A stretch of DNA of 64,000 nt from Laetmonice hystrix (Eukaryota), in the NCBI GenBank assembly GCA_965235115.1, contig OZ249436.1, forward strand, positions 22,384,001 through 22,448,000, read 5' to 3'. Positions 46,397 through 58,806 of this stretch are shown piece after piece. The translations under genes were made by a program, and so were the position numbers. The notes beneath the pieces are model-generated. The model saw nothing but the letters and a program-made list of their open reading frames with translations. It ran no database searches and had not been told where the DNA came from. The stretch's first letter is position 1. Every line of letters begins with the position of its first letter.

Positions 46397-47332
46397 CTGG
46401 AGGCCCTACACCCTAGTACCACATTGCAATTTCTTATATTATACGCTAGGTAGAAGTTAGAGATTCAATGTAAGTTTGACTTCTTCTCTCATTTGGAACA
46501 TTCTGGCAAAGAAATAATGAATACCGTAGGGGTTTTGGGGTATGGGGTACATACGAGGCTCCCCCACAAAAAAAAAAGCACGGCAACAGTGTATTTTAAA
46601 AAATTATTCTGTTTAAATATGGAAGCCCAAAAAGTATTTGCACAGATCTATGAGAAAAACAGTGAATTCAAGGGAATTTAAAAGGCACTGGAGAGTGTGC
46701 ACATCGAGTGTAGTCAAGATTTTGTATGTAGGCTCCTTCCTTGGGCTTGACTGCTTATAATGCACCCGGGTACAAACAAAATGGACCAATATGGCCTATG
46801 TGAACTGTCAGCTTTCTCGGTTCTGGTGTCGCACACTTAGATCTCCGCTGGTCTCAGATCTCGGGGAGCATGGTTTCCTATTGTTTATTATGCTAATCTG
46901 CCTTAGTGAGCACGCGCGTGTCACAGTTTAAGAGTGTCTTTTGATGGGTGCCATGCGGCTTGCGCCCATGATCATAAGGTCACAATCGCTGTTTGTGGTG
47001 CCCGTGGCATCTTGATTTTTTTGAAATTAGAAGAATAATCCAGTAAATAGCCTACACTAAGACTGGGAAGTGTCAAAATCACAGTTACTGTCATCTTGTC
47101 CAGTCTGCGGCTCCATGCATTGTGTGTGCTACAGCTTTTTGAGATGGATGCACCATTTGAAAAAAGTTTTTAAGGACCTGCATAGCAATAGCATAGGGCA
47201 CATAACGCATGTCTGGCAAGTGACAACCATCTGGGGGCATGCTCCCCTGGAAAATTTTGAAAACTAAGGATGAAAATAAAGTTCTCAAAATTCAGATTTT
47301 TATCATTTTAGGCTAACATAAAATTTACTTAA

Positions 47333-47860
47333 AGGGGCATATTATGAGGAAACATAAAAAATCGGTATTTCATAGAACTTTTGCTGTTTTCATAAAGAGA
47401 TCCTTCATTAAAATTGCTTAGTAAACAAAGACAGACTTATCAGTTTCATTTTGCGTGAGAAATCGAAGTTTATTAAGCTCCCTTGACCGCTTCTCTGCCG
47501 ATTTCGTAAAATCTTTTTTGGGTGGCAATCTGATGCCCGGCGATCGAGTGCCACTGCTGAATTGTTTACAACTAAGCAAAGCCCGTGACTAAGCACATGC
47601 AGAGAGTGCACACACAGGATGTGACACAGTATGCAATTACACGGGTTGATGGGGGGTTGTCCGCCAAATTATGGCGGGAGATGTGCTATCGGGAGAAGTC
47701 TATAGGTTTGGTCGTATAGAACCTACTTGTGCTGCATACGCAGCGAAAACACGTCGGAGGACAAAATGCTGTGGTAGGATTATTTACTTTGATCCCTAGT
47801 ACACGGTCATGCTGGATAGTTGCCGGAAATCCTCAAAAACGTGTTTCATAGCATGCCCCT
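47333..47860. mobile_element. Kolobok-like non-autonomous DNA transposon
   Basis: TTAA TSD; TIR aggggcat(a/g)(t/c)tatga. Confidence 0.72.
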
Positions 47861-48995
47861 TTAACATTTAACTATTTAACAAAATGACAAAAGCAGTCAG
47901 AACCTTTGATGCAGTAGGTGGCATCAGAGCTTGAAAAAACTACTGCCCAAACAGCGGTAGAGTTGGCAAATATGCTGTTGGCGTTGCCTGGGTAAGCCCT
48001 ACCCTGGCCTAGCCCGCTGGCGCTGAGTGAGTGCAGGTTTTGACAGGCCAAAAAGCCTAGGGCTAGGTCCAGGAGGCTAGGTTAGGTATACTCCAACAAG
48101 TCAGAGTCCTAGTCCTTACGTCCATACGGACTCTGACCGTCGAGTACAAATGCGCCAGCGACTGCTATGCTGCCGGGGTTCTATCTCGGTCCTATCGCGC
48201 ATCATCGCCTCAAAGTCATGTTTCAGACCACTTTTGGCACTGAAACTTGCTGAGAGTACACAAAAGAGGTTACTTCAACAGATACGTAAATGTATTTCGT
48301 TGGATGTTATCTTAGTAGGTGAAATTCTCAGTTTGTTTGGTCAAATACAGCGCAGCGCGGGTGACGAGCGGTGACCCAGTTTATCGGGTGTGCGTATTTT
48401 CCAATTCTACAGTTGATCCGGAACGGACCGCATAAGTAGGTCGCGCTCTGTTCAAGCAGACGCTGACGGCACAGAGTGAAGCTACCCGTTTCGGGTACCA
48501 GTACCGATCTAACTTTTATCAGTTCCCGGTCACTCGGTGCACCGCAGATGGCTGACGGACCTACGGACCCGACATGCTCGTAAACAACCGGACCGTGTGG
48601 ACGTTATATTTGTCCAATAATTATAATCAAAGTCGGAATAGAAATTTCAATACTGTGGCTCTCTATAAAAATCGATTTCATACTCCGTTGAAGAAGTTTA
48701 GTACCAAAACGAAGGCCGCAAAGTTGCGATAACGGACCTCTTCGCAGAGCGTCCACGAGTCGCTAGGCCAGCGTCACTCGACAACTAAACGGTGTTCTGG
48801 AAGACACCGTTTAGAAACTGAACTAGGTTAGGTATAGCCTCTAACATAGGCCGTGTGTATACACGGCCTATCCTCTAGCGAACGGGCTACGAGACCAAAC
48901 GTTCAACCCGCAAAATGAATGTGTGCCATCACCTCTTCCATCACTTCAAATAAAAGATTGCCTTTACCTTCAGCTACTGAGCCCAATGAACTTAC

Positions 48996-49055
48996 TTGGT
49001 GTTCCTCTAAGCAACAGATTCGGCCAATTTTCCAAACCAATCGACCACTTTCCAT
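48996..49055 (-). CDS. Candidate first SCAPER exon (MESGRLVWKIGRICCLEEHQ, or 5' UTR)
   Basis: Strong CAA|gtaagt donor in phase 0, matching the phase of exon 43199-43325; lies just downstream of a promoter-like region; no recognisable homology. Confidence 0.4.
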
Positions 49056-49059
49056 AGTC

Positions 49060-49400
49060 TTACAACCGGCGCCATTTCTGTAAATCCACATCCGGGGTCA
49101 AGCTCACGAAGGGAGCAGGCATTTCAGACGTTGGCTATCATAGTTTGGCGCCATAATGGAGGAATTGCTGTTTGGTCTAGAATAATAAATGCTCCCCTGC
49201 TGGTCGCCAGTGTGCGTGTTTTGAACATGCGCAGTAGAACAAACAGTATGTCAGCTAACGGTAGTGAACCAGCGCGATTCGCAATTTGGGAAGTCTGATT
49301 TATTAAAACTTTGGGCAAAAATCCTCGGAAAAGTGTGCAGCAGAGGAACAGAAGATGGGCTGCGTTAGAATTGACACCTCTACTGGCAGTAGTTACGATG
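49060..49400. promoter_or_regulatory. Probable bidirectional promoter
   Basis: YY1-like AAATGGCG and ETS-like CCGGATGT on the minus strand near 49070-49095; CpG-containing; flanked by outward-facing splice donors at 48995 (-) and 49432 (+). Confidence 0.5.
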
Positions 49401-49431
49401 GATTTTGCACAGCGAGTGATTGACATCGGAG
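49398..49431 (+). CDS. Candidate first coding exon of a divergent gene (MDFAQRVIDIG...)
   Basis: ACGATGG Kozak context followed by a GAG|gtaggg donor; downstream exons not identified. Confidence 0.3.
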
Positions 49432-50146
49432 GTAGGGTTTTTCGGGTTAACGCTGTCCGTCCCTACACTGGGGACGATACTCCGTCTAGGTTAGGTACAG
49501 TTCCACCCGGTTATCCTTCTTGTCGATTTAATTGTAAACACCTGATTTATTTCCATGCCCAATGTTAATATTATTAGATTATGCTATAGAGTCTAGTCTA
49601 CAGTGTCAAAATCTGAGCCAGTCTGAGACTGACTCAGTCAGTGTGAATGTGGTGATATGTCAGACTCAGAGTATCGCACCTTATTCTGTGAGTTGTTCAT
49701 TCTGCTTCTGTTTTGCTGAGACGACCGTGAAGATACCTCTCCGGCTCCAACACCCGGCCGTGTACGAAGGGCAGAGTTCTGCCGACGTTTTCGGGACTCG
49801 CTCATGATGATATCTGGGATCTAATAGGTACAGACTTTGCCCTGGCTGTGTCATATGCCTTTTGAAATAGTCATGATGTGCACCTTCACGACGAACAAAT
49901 GACAACAAGAACCTGACGTCCGAGTGCCGAGTCACTCTGTTACAAGCGTTTTGATTGGCTGTCATTTGCTTCAAGTGGAGGACTTCCGGCAGCAGGCTCA
50001 AAGGAAACGGAAGCCCTCTGTCGGGACTTTGCAGTGCAGCCCAGACTTCCACCAGAGGTCGCTTTTGCTGGAACCAAAATCTTCTGGCACTCGGCCGCCG
50101 TTCGACCATGCATGATAGCAAAGCCTACATATTTTAGCTGCTAATA

Positions 50147-50332
50147 CAGGCGCGGATTCAGGAATTTTTGCAACGGGGGGTCCAGAAGATGCGAGCCGCC
50201 GGGGGATGGGGCAATGGTCTGGGGGCCTTCCCCGATAACATTAGGCCTACAAAAACCTAGGTTGGTCCCGAGCGGGGGGGGGGGGGGGGGGGGGTCTGGA
50301 CCCCCTGCACCCCCCCTCTGGATCCGCGCCTG
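50147..50332. mobile_element. Short GC-rich inverted-repeat element (related copies at about 52804-53235, 57830-58003 and 58318-58428)
   Basis: TIR caggcgcggat(t/c)cag / ctggatccgcgcctg with internal G and C runs. Confidence 0.6.
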
Positions 50333-50835
50333 TAATATATGCTTTAGCTGTAGGCCTACAGGAGCATAGAAACAAAACAATAAACGATATAGGGGGGCCT
50401 ACCGTAGATGAAGTTTAGGCCTGACCGGTGCTGACATAGAGTCTAGGCCTAGCCTAGGCCTACAAGTAACGCCATGAGTCAAATAAAAAAATAAAACCAT
50501 CATTGTATGATTGGAAGTAGGCCCTAACTGGCGCCAATCTAATTAAAATTAGATCTTAGGCCTAGTTATTTCGCATGTGCTCCACCTGAGGTGACCCCTA
50601 ATGGGATTCCCTTAGATCTAGGTAGCCTATAGCGACCTATGCTATGGAGCGCAGACAGCACTGAGTGACACAGCCGAGAGAGACGCGGAATAGGCCTACG
50701 CGGAATAGGCCTACCAAGATCTAATTTTAATTAGGGGGGGGGGGGCTAGATTGTAACTGGCGCCACCTGGTCTGTGTATACAGAAACCGCGACCATCCTA
50801 GTGACAAACATTATATTGTGAAGACTAGATCTATA

Positions 50836-52197
50836 GGGAGAGTAGGGAGAAGTGGGCCGGGGGAGAGGTGGGCCACCCATCCTAACTTTAAAAATAAACA
50901 AAGAGCATCTCCATCTCTTAGTCATGCACGTGATACGTAAATGACGTCCCCAAACGCCACGTGCAGTTTGAAGGACATCGGATGAAGCCTATGCCACAGA
51001 GGTCCGTCAACCCGGTTTTGCCTACAGTAGGCCTTTAGAAGTAATTTTTGTGGAAACGGTTTGACTTGTATCCCGGGAAAGAGTTTTGAGTGTTCCAGAA
51101 AAAGCTATAGCTTCAGCTAATTAAGCAATGACAGCATAGGCCTAATAACATGTGATCAATACTTATCTAGATTCAGATCGATTGTTAGCAGAAGTTTACG
51201 TCATAAATGTTCTAGATGTGACATGAGGGAGAGGTGGGTCACGCAGGCAAGGGAGAAGTGGGACATGGCGAGAAGTGGGACATGGCCCACTTCTCCCTTG
51301 ACTGGCCCATAGCCGGGTCCCCAGCTCTATATTAACTTCGTATATAGAGCCTGGCGTAGGCCAATCGAAGCGAGCATTGTGATTGGCCCATCGAAAACAT
51401 GGACGCAAACGAGGTATAGTTCCGTACCCTCCGTATTTCTCCAACAAGACACAAATATTTTCATCAATCCCTTTAAAATACAAGTGTTAAATGTCCTCGC
51501 TTTTCTGGATGTAAACATAGCGTCAGCAGTCCCACCACCTGCTACGGTCTGCATACGCAGGGGCATGTTGCTATTGTTGGCCACTCCCGGCCACGCTCCA
51601 AGCAGAAGTCAATCACTCTGTTAACGCTGACCAACGGACCGGAGGCGGAAGTGATTAGCTCCGAGGCGGAAGTGCTTGGAGATCACCACTTCCGTTTTAC
51701 AGCTTTCTGTTAGCCATCACCGGGCCTAACATCAAGCGGATGCGTATGGTAAGGCGGCGGGGACCAGGCTAGACTGGCCCACTTCTCCCACATTAATTAA
51801 TAATTAATAATAGGCCTATAGAAATAATTTTATGCATTTTCATCAGATTTCAACTTAGCCCGATAGATCTACACCTTTTCCTATGTTCTAACTTTTCCTG
51901 TCCTTATATGAAATAAGGTTGAAAAAGCAGCCGTTTCTTTCTTTATTTCTATGCGGCTCACTTCTCCCGCAGGGGGGCCCACCTCTCCCCATTTGTGGGA
52001 GAAGTGGGCCACATTTAAGCACCGAACATTTTCTGCCGTATGGAAAATATTTGAAATAATATACGGCCTATTAAAACACATAAAATAGCTGTGTACATAT
52101 GCTTTAATATCCACCTATTTCAAACCTGATTAGCCTGCGCTTTTACCATGTGACAACAAAAATGTGAATTCTGACCCACTTCTCCCTGTTCTCCCCC
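50836..52197. mobile_element. Tc1/mariner(pogo)-like non-autonomous element
   Basis: TA TSD; TIR gggagagtagggagaagtggg / cccacttctccctgttctccc; many internal gggagaagtggg(cc) motifs. Confidence 0.7.
51310..51771. mobile_element. AcademH-like non-autonomous element nested in the mariner-like element
   Basis: TAG...CTA termini (tagccgggtcccc / ggggaccaggcta) with a 10-bp TSD gactggccca. Confidence 0.7.
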
Positions 52198-53399
52198 TAC
52201 CCATGAAAAGTTATGATTGTGGCTATATTGCCTTTCGAGAAAAGGAATTAAACAATCAATCGTTTACTCTGAACAATCAGCACTATGCACCTTAGGCACG
52301 TTATAACAGATGTACCTAAAAAATTATTGGAAACTTTATAAAAAGAAAATGTGCAAAGTGATCAAAGGAAATGGGAGAAGAAGAAGAAAAAGAAGAAGAA
52401 CCTGCCATTGTCGTTTTATCGCCTACACACCCATATGTCCGATCTTCCCCGACCTATCTATCACCTGTCCTCCGCTATTTGTCGCCTGTCCTCCCCTACC
52501 TATCGGTAAATATAGTGTGTCATTTTGCTGTTACCTCATAAAATAGTTTAGCCCTACAGATCTGTCTGCAGGCTCTGACATGAGTAGGTTCCCGGCTCAC
52601 TCGCTAGGTGGCTCGCCTCGACCACAGAGCCACCTAGCGAGTGAGCCGGGAACCAGTTTAGTTATGACACAGCCATTTAGGGGGTGGATGGGTGCGTGCT
52701 CCCTGGATAGGACACTTTTGATTCACAGAACAATTTTAACAGGTAAGAAGAAAACCCAAGAAAGCAAGCAGTAACCTATAGATCTAGCCTAAATATGCAT
52801 CTTCAGGGCCGGATCCAGGACTTTTTTTTTTTGGGGGGGGGGGGGGGCCACAGGTCTACAGTGATCTGTAAAAACCTAGCAAGTCCACTTTGCCTTATTT
52901 TGAGAAAACTGGGACAAACGAACCGTTCCTCCCATTGAGGTGCATGCAAACGCTAGGGTTTTCCAGGTCAATAACTATGATTTGCATAGAGTTCTGATCA
53001 CTTGTATAGGACTAGATATGATAGGGCAAAACCTAGTAGGTCCAAAAATGAGACTAGCTCAAATTGGACAAAAACTCGACTCACTAGGTTTTTCCAAATC
53101 ACTGTTGAGGTGTTACCTGACATGGGCAAGGGTTACTCAGTATGGGGGGGGGGGGGGACCAGAATCCTGCTTTTGAAAATTTCGGGGGGACGATGCATGG
53201 GCCCACTGTGCTCCAAACCCCTAAATCCGCCACTGATCTTGAGTTGCAAAGCGTTAATTAGCCTGGCGAAAGACCGAATAGCTTATAGGCCAACTCCAGA
53301 ACATCTGACGAGTAATCAAACAATATTCCTACGCGCGCGTTCCATAATCAATGCAATGACTTGAGCCTTTTCGGCTGCGAGTTCTGAAGGACCTGCATT

Positions 53400-53530
53400 C
53401 TCGGCGGTTTCCATAACGGGAGCAACTCAAGGACACGAGATCCATATTAGGAAATGGCCATGACGTCAGATCGACAAGGTTGTGAGCTATAAAAGTACCA
53501 CCACGCCAACCATTCGGCCATTCGTTGACT
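53400..53530 (+). promoter_or_regulatory. Pol II promoter with CArG box, CRE and TATA box
   Basis: CCATATTAGG at 53442-53451, TGACGTCA at 53461-53468, TATAAAAG at 53488-53495, Inr-like CCATTC about 30 nt after the TATA box. Confidence 0.65.
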
Positions 53531-54699
53531 GTGCCGGAGAGGGTCGAGTTGCCCGGTGTATACTATGTGAGCTCTGTTTGAGACAGCTATATTGCCTGCA
53601 GTCTCCCAACAGTCAGTGAATTTCCTTGTGACATTGGCATTTTTAAAACAAGGTTCAGTGGACTCGGGACCAAAGTCGCAAAACTACCCAGCGAACAGTT
53701 TTGAAAACGTGGCCATAGTCCCGGCACCCACCACGCAGACAGCGTTGTAACCAACTTTTGAACTGGGCAAGAACAGCATGGAACCAAAAATAGATCCTTG
53801 CAGAGAGGACATTGCCGGGACTCATACCGCGTGGGTATCGTCCAAGTTAACTCCACACCTTCCGTTCTTACTCGGCGTCTGTCTTTGTTCATCATGGCCA
53901 AGTCCTGTAGAGAAGCCGGTATTGACGAGTTTCGGTGTTTTTGGACACCGCCGAATTGAACGACCCGCCGTGGGATCAAATAGTGGACCCCGTAGACACC
54001 AATTCTGAATTCGCGCCGGCTGCCGCAGCGCACAGACGGGATATATCAGCGTCGACTGTGATTGACGGGGGTGACTCTAGCACGCCTTGCGTCACTTTAA
54101 ACAGGATAATTATTCATGCACTATACCTGCATCTTCACATGGATTACTTACACTGGGAATGGATTACTGACACTGATATTCTCGAAACCGTGCATTTAGA
54201 GACATGAACTCTAAACCAAGAACTTTCAGCACAGTCAACATTTACCAACTGTCGTCGACAGGTAGGATGAGACTAACTTTTGTATTGTAGGGGACCTTCA
54301 GCTGCTGGAAAGGACGCCGTTCATCCCCCTCCACTGGATCTTCAAGTAAGCTAGCTTTAAGTTCGTTTCAGGTTAGATTGTCAGTTAGGCAGGTAGGGCA
54401 AACACGATAGGGACCTCCTCTATACTTGTACTTCCCCTATCTCAGTTCAAATGAAGGCAGAATATTGAAAGTTAGATTGACTTTCAATATTTGTTTTTGA
54501 ACTGGGATTTTTTTTCCAGAATCATGAAGCTGTTCATATGTTAATTTTTTAGCGTTTTCCAATTCCATATCGACTGGTGTCACGGAGTGAGGATGGATGT
54601 GGGCATGTCGCCGTCTGAAAGAGAAAATGGTCGCTTGAAACTCGAAGCACCAGAACGACCGTGTAGATAGTGTAGGGAAACTTGATGTATTGAGTATAT

Positions 54700-55032
54700 C
54701 CGGTCCTACTAATTACCGTCCGGTGCCGTCCGGACCGTCCGGTGCCGTCCGGACACTGTCTGGTACCGTCTGGTGCCGTCCGGACACCGTCTGGTGCCGT
54801 CCGGACACCGTCCGGTACCGTTCGGACACGGTGGGGGTGTAGGCCCATTGGTCAGACACCCTATGGGTTAGAGTTAAGGTTAGGTTTAGGGTTAGTTATA
54901 TTATATCCGGACGGTATCTGGACTGCTCTGGACGGCATCCGGACGGTATCTGGACGGCTCTGGACGGTATCCGGACGGCTCTGGACGGTTCTGGACGGCT
55001 CCGGACGGCTCTGGACGGCAATTAGCACGACC
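54700..55032. mobile_element. Foldback-like MITE with internal 10/20-bp repeats and a TTAGGG-like centre
   Basis: Arms ctaattaccgtccgg / ctggacggcaattag are inverted; repeats ccgtccggacac and ggacgg lie in opposite orientations. Confidence 0.65.
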
Positions 55033-55931
55033 CAGTATATCTTAGGTTCTAGTGTTTGTACTATATTATATTGTCTAGCTTGGTTAGAGCCTTAGGATCA
55101 CTTCGATGTATTCTGCATGACGTGTTTTAATAAAGGTCTTTTAGGGCGTGCGATTTTTATGCTGCAAGTCATCAGATCGACCAGACGACACATGTCACTC
55201 ACTGGGACAAGTTCTACAACTTCACTGTCACACGGTATACAGCCAAGAATCATCAAGTTCAAACATCATTTCACCACCTGAAGTGGCCAGGAAGCTGGCA
55301 ATCCGCAAACAGATATTGTTATTGTACAGGGTCCTGAGTGTGTCTCTCAACAGACAAGGTGAAAGAGAACAAGAAAATGATTAGCCCCCCTCCCCAGCGT
55401 TTCTTTTATTTGAAATCCACACGGGTGACTTTTGGGTATTTACTTGACTTGACCAAATTTTCATTTCAGGTTTTGAACACATTTGCAACCTGTTAACCAA
55501 TTTCCTATATTTTCATGAAACGACTGTCAAAATGGTGTTTCTTGAGGTGAACAGGCAGATCCAGTGTATGAAGGGATACTGGTGAAAAGATCCTCCTGAA
55601 CTGGTGAAAAGATCATCCTGAACTGCCACCAACTGAAGAGCTAACTATTTGTTTTCGTATGTCTGTCTCTTACACTTAACCTTTTCATAGTGGTGTTGAG
55701 GTGACAAATGATTCTTTGTCTGGTAATCCATGAGACACACAGACAAGGCCTGTCTGTAGCTCAGGGCCTGACTGTAGCTGAGTGAGGGTGACGGTCAGGT
55801 CAGAAACTGTAAACAGGCCCTAAGCAATGGTGGGGGTGGGGGCTGACTGTCGCTCAAGCCACCTGAACGACTAGATCCGCCACTGGGACAGAGCGTAAAC
55901 TATGATCTATATCAATGAATTCTCTTGTCCC

Positions 55932-56780
55932 ACAGACAGCATTGTCAAGTCACACAGACAAGCCCTACTGACAACATTATCAATGGAATGCAAGGTTCAT
56001 TTCAACCGGATGTTTCTCCTGAAGTCGAGGATAAGTTTGCAGGTAAGTACTGGTGTAGCATACAATTTAAAATAAAGGACGTATGAAGTAGAAGTCTATT
56101 GTTTTCAGAAAACTACTTTTTCTAGGTAAGCAGACCTCCCCCCCCCCCTGTGTGGAAGTCCTCTGATTGCAGGTTTGTAAGTACGGATATGGTTTGCTGC
56201 TTTCTGACCAGTGATACGTTTTCTGTCATTATTGTTCAGGTGGTTTCACGGGAGGATGGACAACACACGGAGCTGGAGTCAATAGGCCTGGCGGGATCCT
56301 TCTCAAAATGAGTCGTCTACAGACGGTTTACAAGTAAGTCGGATCACTCCCAACATATTTGTGAGAAGTTCAGTCGTGAGAAGCGTTGTTAATTATTGAA
56401 TGTCGTCGTGGCGAGGCTGAATCGGGTAAGGGGACATGTGATCATTGTTTGGAAACAGAAGTATATGAGGTCAATTTGAGACTGGGGATATAGGCTGCAG
56501 TTTCTATAAATGTCCACTACCTACACATTATTATCGTATACAGGCGGAAGTGATGTTCTGAACTTGGTACTTTCAGAAGGACCTGTAAATCGGACCAAGG
56601 CAACAATTGCTGGATTGGACGTGAGGCAGTTACGTTGGCACAGGACAATATGGAGGAGGCATCAAGAAGATTTTCGGCCTGTTGGCCAATAACAGAAGTG
56701 ACCAGACACCATAAGTGTTGGCTATAATTCTATGCTATAAAATCTCAGCCATGCCGGACATCGGCCGTTGAATAAATTTG
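55932..56780 (+). ncRNA. Chain of spliced-looking exons ending in AATAAA; possible lncRNA or transposon transcript
   Basis: Exon-like units with cag acceptors and gtaagt donors at about 55935-56042 and 56240-56333; terminal exon from about 56577 to AATAAA at 56771; no recognisable protein. Confidence 0.35.
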
Positions 56781-58806
56781 TATTTCTAATTCAAAATGTC
56801 AGTGTTTATGTAGGCGACAGTTAGGTTGTTGTAGATTGATCGAGTGGTTAGTCGTAGAGTAGATTTGATCCTCAGGGAGGAATTCAGGTTAGTTTTATTT
56901 TGTTCTCTAGGATCTACTTTGTCTTGGAATAGATTTGTCGAGCTCATGGTTAGTGGTTGCCGAATGTAGATAGAATTTAGTCCCTCTGTGTTTCAGTCGT
57001 TCTTAATGGTTAGGGGATGTGAGTCTTGGTTAAGTCTTGTTTTAGTGGAGTCTTGGTGTCTTAGTGTCGCCTTCATGAATACTGACATTGACATGGTTTA
57101 GGACATTTTTTGCTGGTGAAACTGGCCGCTGTTCCCTGCTGAGTCTCGGCTTTGACAAAATCCTGGATCCGTAATGTGTTAATGTGAAATAAAAATATTC
57201 AACAACTGTGGAATGACTTTACAATTATCATTCTTACACGACTATGACATTCCCATGGGTATGAAATTGAAAGGGCAAAAGTCTATGGAACCAAAATACC
57301 CAATTAATATAGGAATTTCTTGTAGTCTTGATGCGGTTCTAATTAAATTCTCACTAAGGAAAATCTCCCATGTTTCATTCCATTTGATATTCGTAGTCAT
57401 CCTGAAGTACATATTCTAATACGTTGCCTTTTTAAAGGTGTCCGTTCTGATTTTGTATCATTTTTCTCATGGTAGAAATAGCAGCCCCAAATGATTTTTT
57501 TTACCGTCTCGATAGTTTCGGTTTCGTGGCTAGTACACCCGACCCAAGTGTAATGGTGGGAAAAAAAGCAAATCCAGACCTTCAGTCGGTTACACAGAAA
57601 AGCAGAGGCAACAATTCCCGTGGGAGGGGAGGGGCAATATGAACCCTTAAAAAACTCGCGAACTGTACACTATAAACCCAACATGGCCATCCACCTGGCG
57701 GCAAACAAAGCGTCATGGTTGGTCTCAATCCCTGAGGTAACCCACTGGCCGAGAGGTGGCGCCACCAGACTAAACCGTCGCTGGACGGAATCCTAGAGGT
57801 CATTGCTTGACAGTAACCTCGGGTGAAATCAGGGCCGTTTTGAGCAGGGGCGGATTTTGCTTTCTCAGAATGCAGGAAATTTCAGGAAATGCCATTTCAG
57901 AGACTCTAGATGTTCAAAATTGTCCGGGGGCATACAAGGGCTCGGCCCCCCTTTAATTCCAACCGCCCCCCCCCCCTTTTCCAAAATCCTGGATCCGCCC
58001 CTGTTGAGCATGAATCGCGGGTAGGCTATAACTTTTTTTTATACATTGCGATACAAGTAGCCCTCCCAGGTGTGTTGTTGTCATGGGCACGGCCATATTG
58101 CTTAATTCCCTTCATTATTAAATAGCTTATCACCGTGACGTCGATTTAGGTTAAAATTTGGTGATTCATTTTCCCTCTTCAATCATCCCCTTCATACCAG
58201 AAATTTAGGCCTAGGTCGCTCAACGCCGACCGTAGCAGTTTTCAACTGATGCACTATATAATTTAGTCTTGGCCCCTACTTCCTGGCTCGATTGGATAAA
58301 TTATAAGCTAGGCCCCCACTGGCGGATCCGGGGGGGGTAGGGGGTTTAACCCCCCTCACAGCCCCTCAGCACAGGCTGGACCCCACCCGTAAGGGCTCCC
58401 TCGCTTCTAGATCCTAGATCCGCGCCTGGCCCCTATGACGGTTCACTCGCTACACAGGTCTGTCTCGTCATGCACGAATGACCATTGGGATGGGGGCGTC
58501 TTGCCTCACCTGTAGGTATATTTTTTACCGAGGCGAGCGTGACATAAAATCTTCGGCGTGGATGGTCGAACTCTTTTTCCCCTATTTACAGATAATTACT
58601 TCTGTTATGTTATTGTGTTGGGGGGTATTATGTTTTGATATATAGATATCTCTGTTCTCTGTTTGTCCTTTTGGGGAGGCTAGTTCTAATAGCCGTTAGG
58701 GTAATTCTCCACCAGGCTTACGCCACTATTAAATAACTGTTCGATAATTGCGAGAGGTACTTGTAACGAGTCCCAACACATTAATGGGTAGCTAGCTCTT
58801 GAAGTC

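Larger units (their letters stand above)
53240..55191 (+). mobile_element. Possible long solo LTR (promoter, internal splice donors, AATAAA at 55129, ends ...ACA), interrupted by a MITE
   Basis: LTR-like order TATA, donors (54261, 54346), AATAAA, CA end; 5' boundary and TSD not resolved. Confidence 0.35.
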
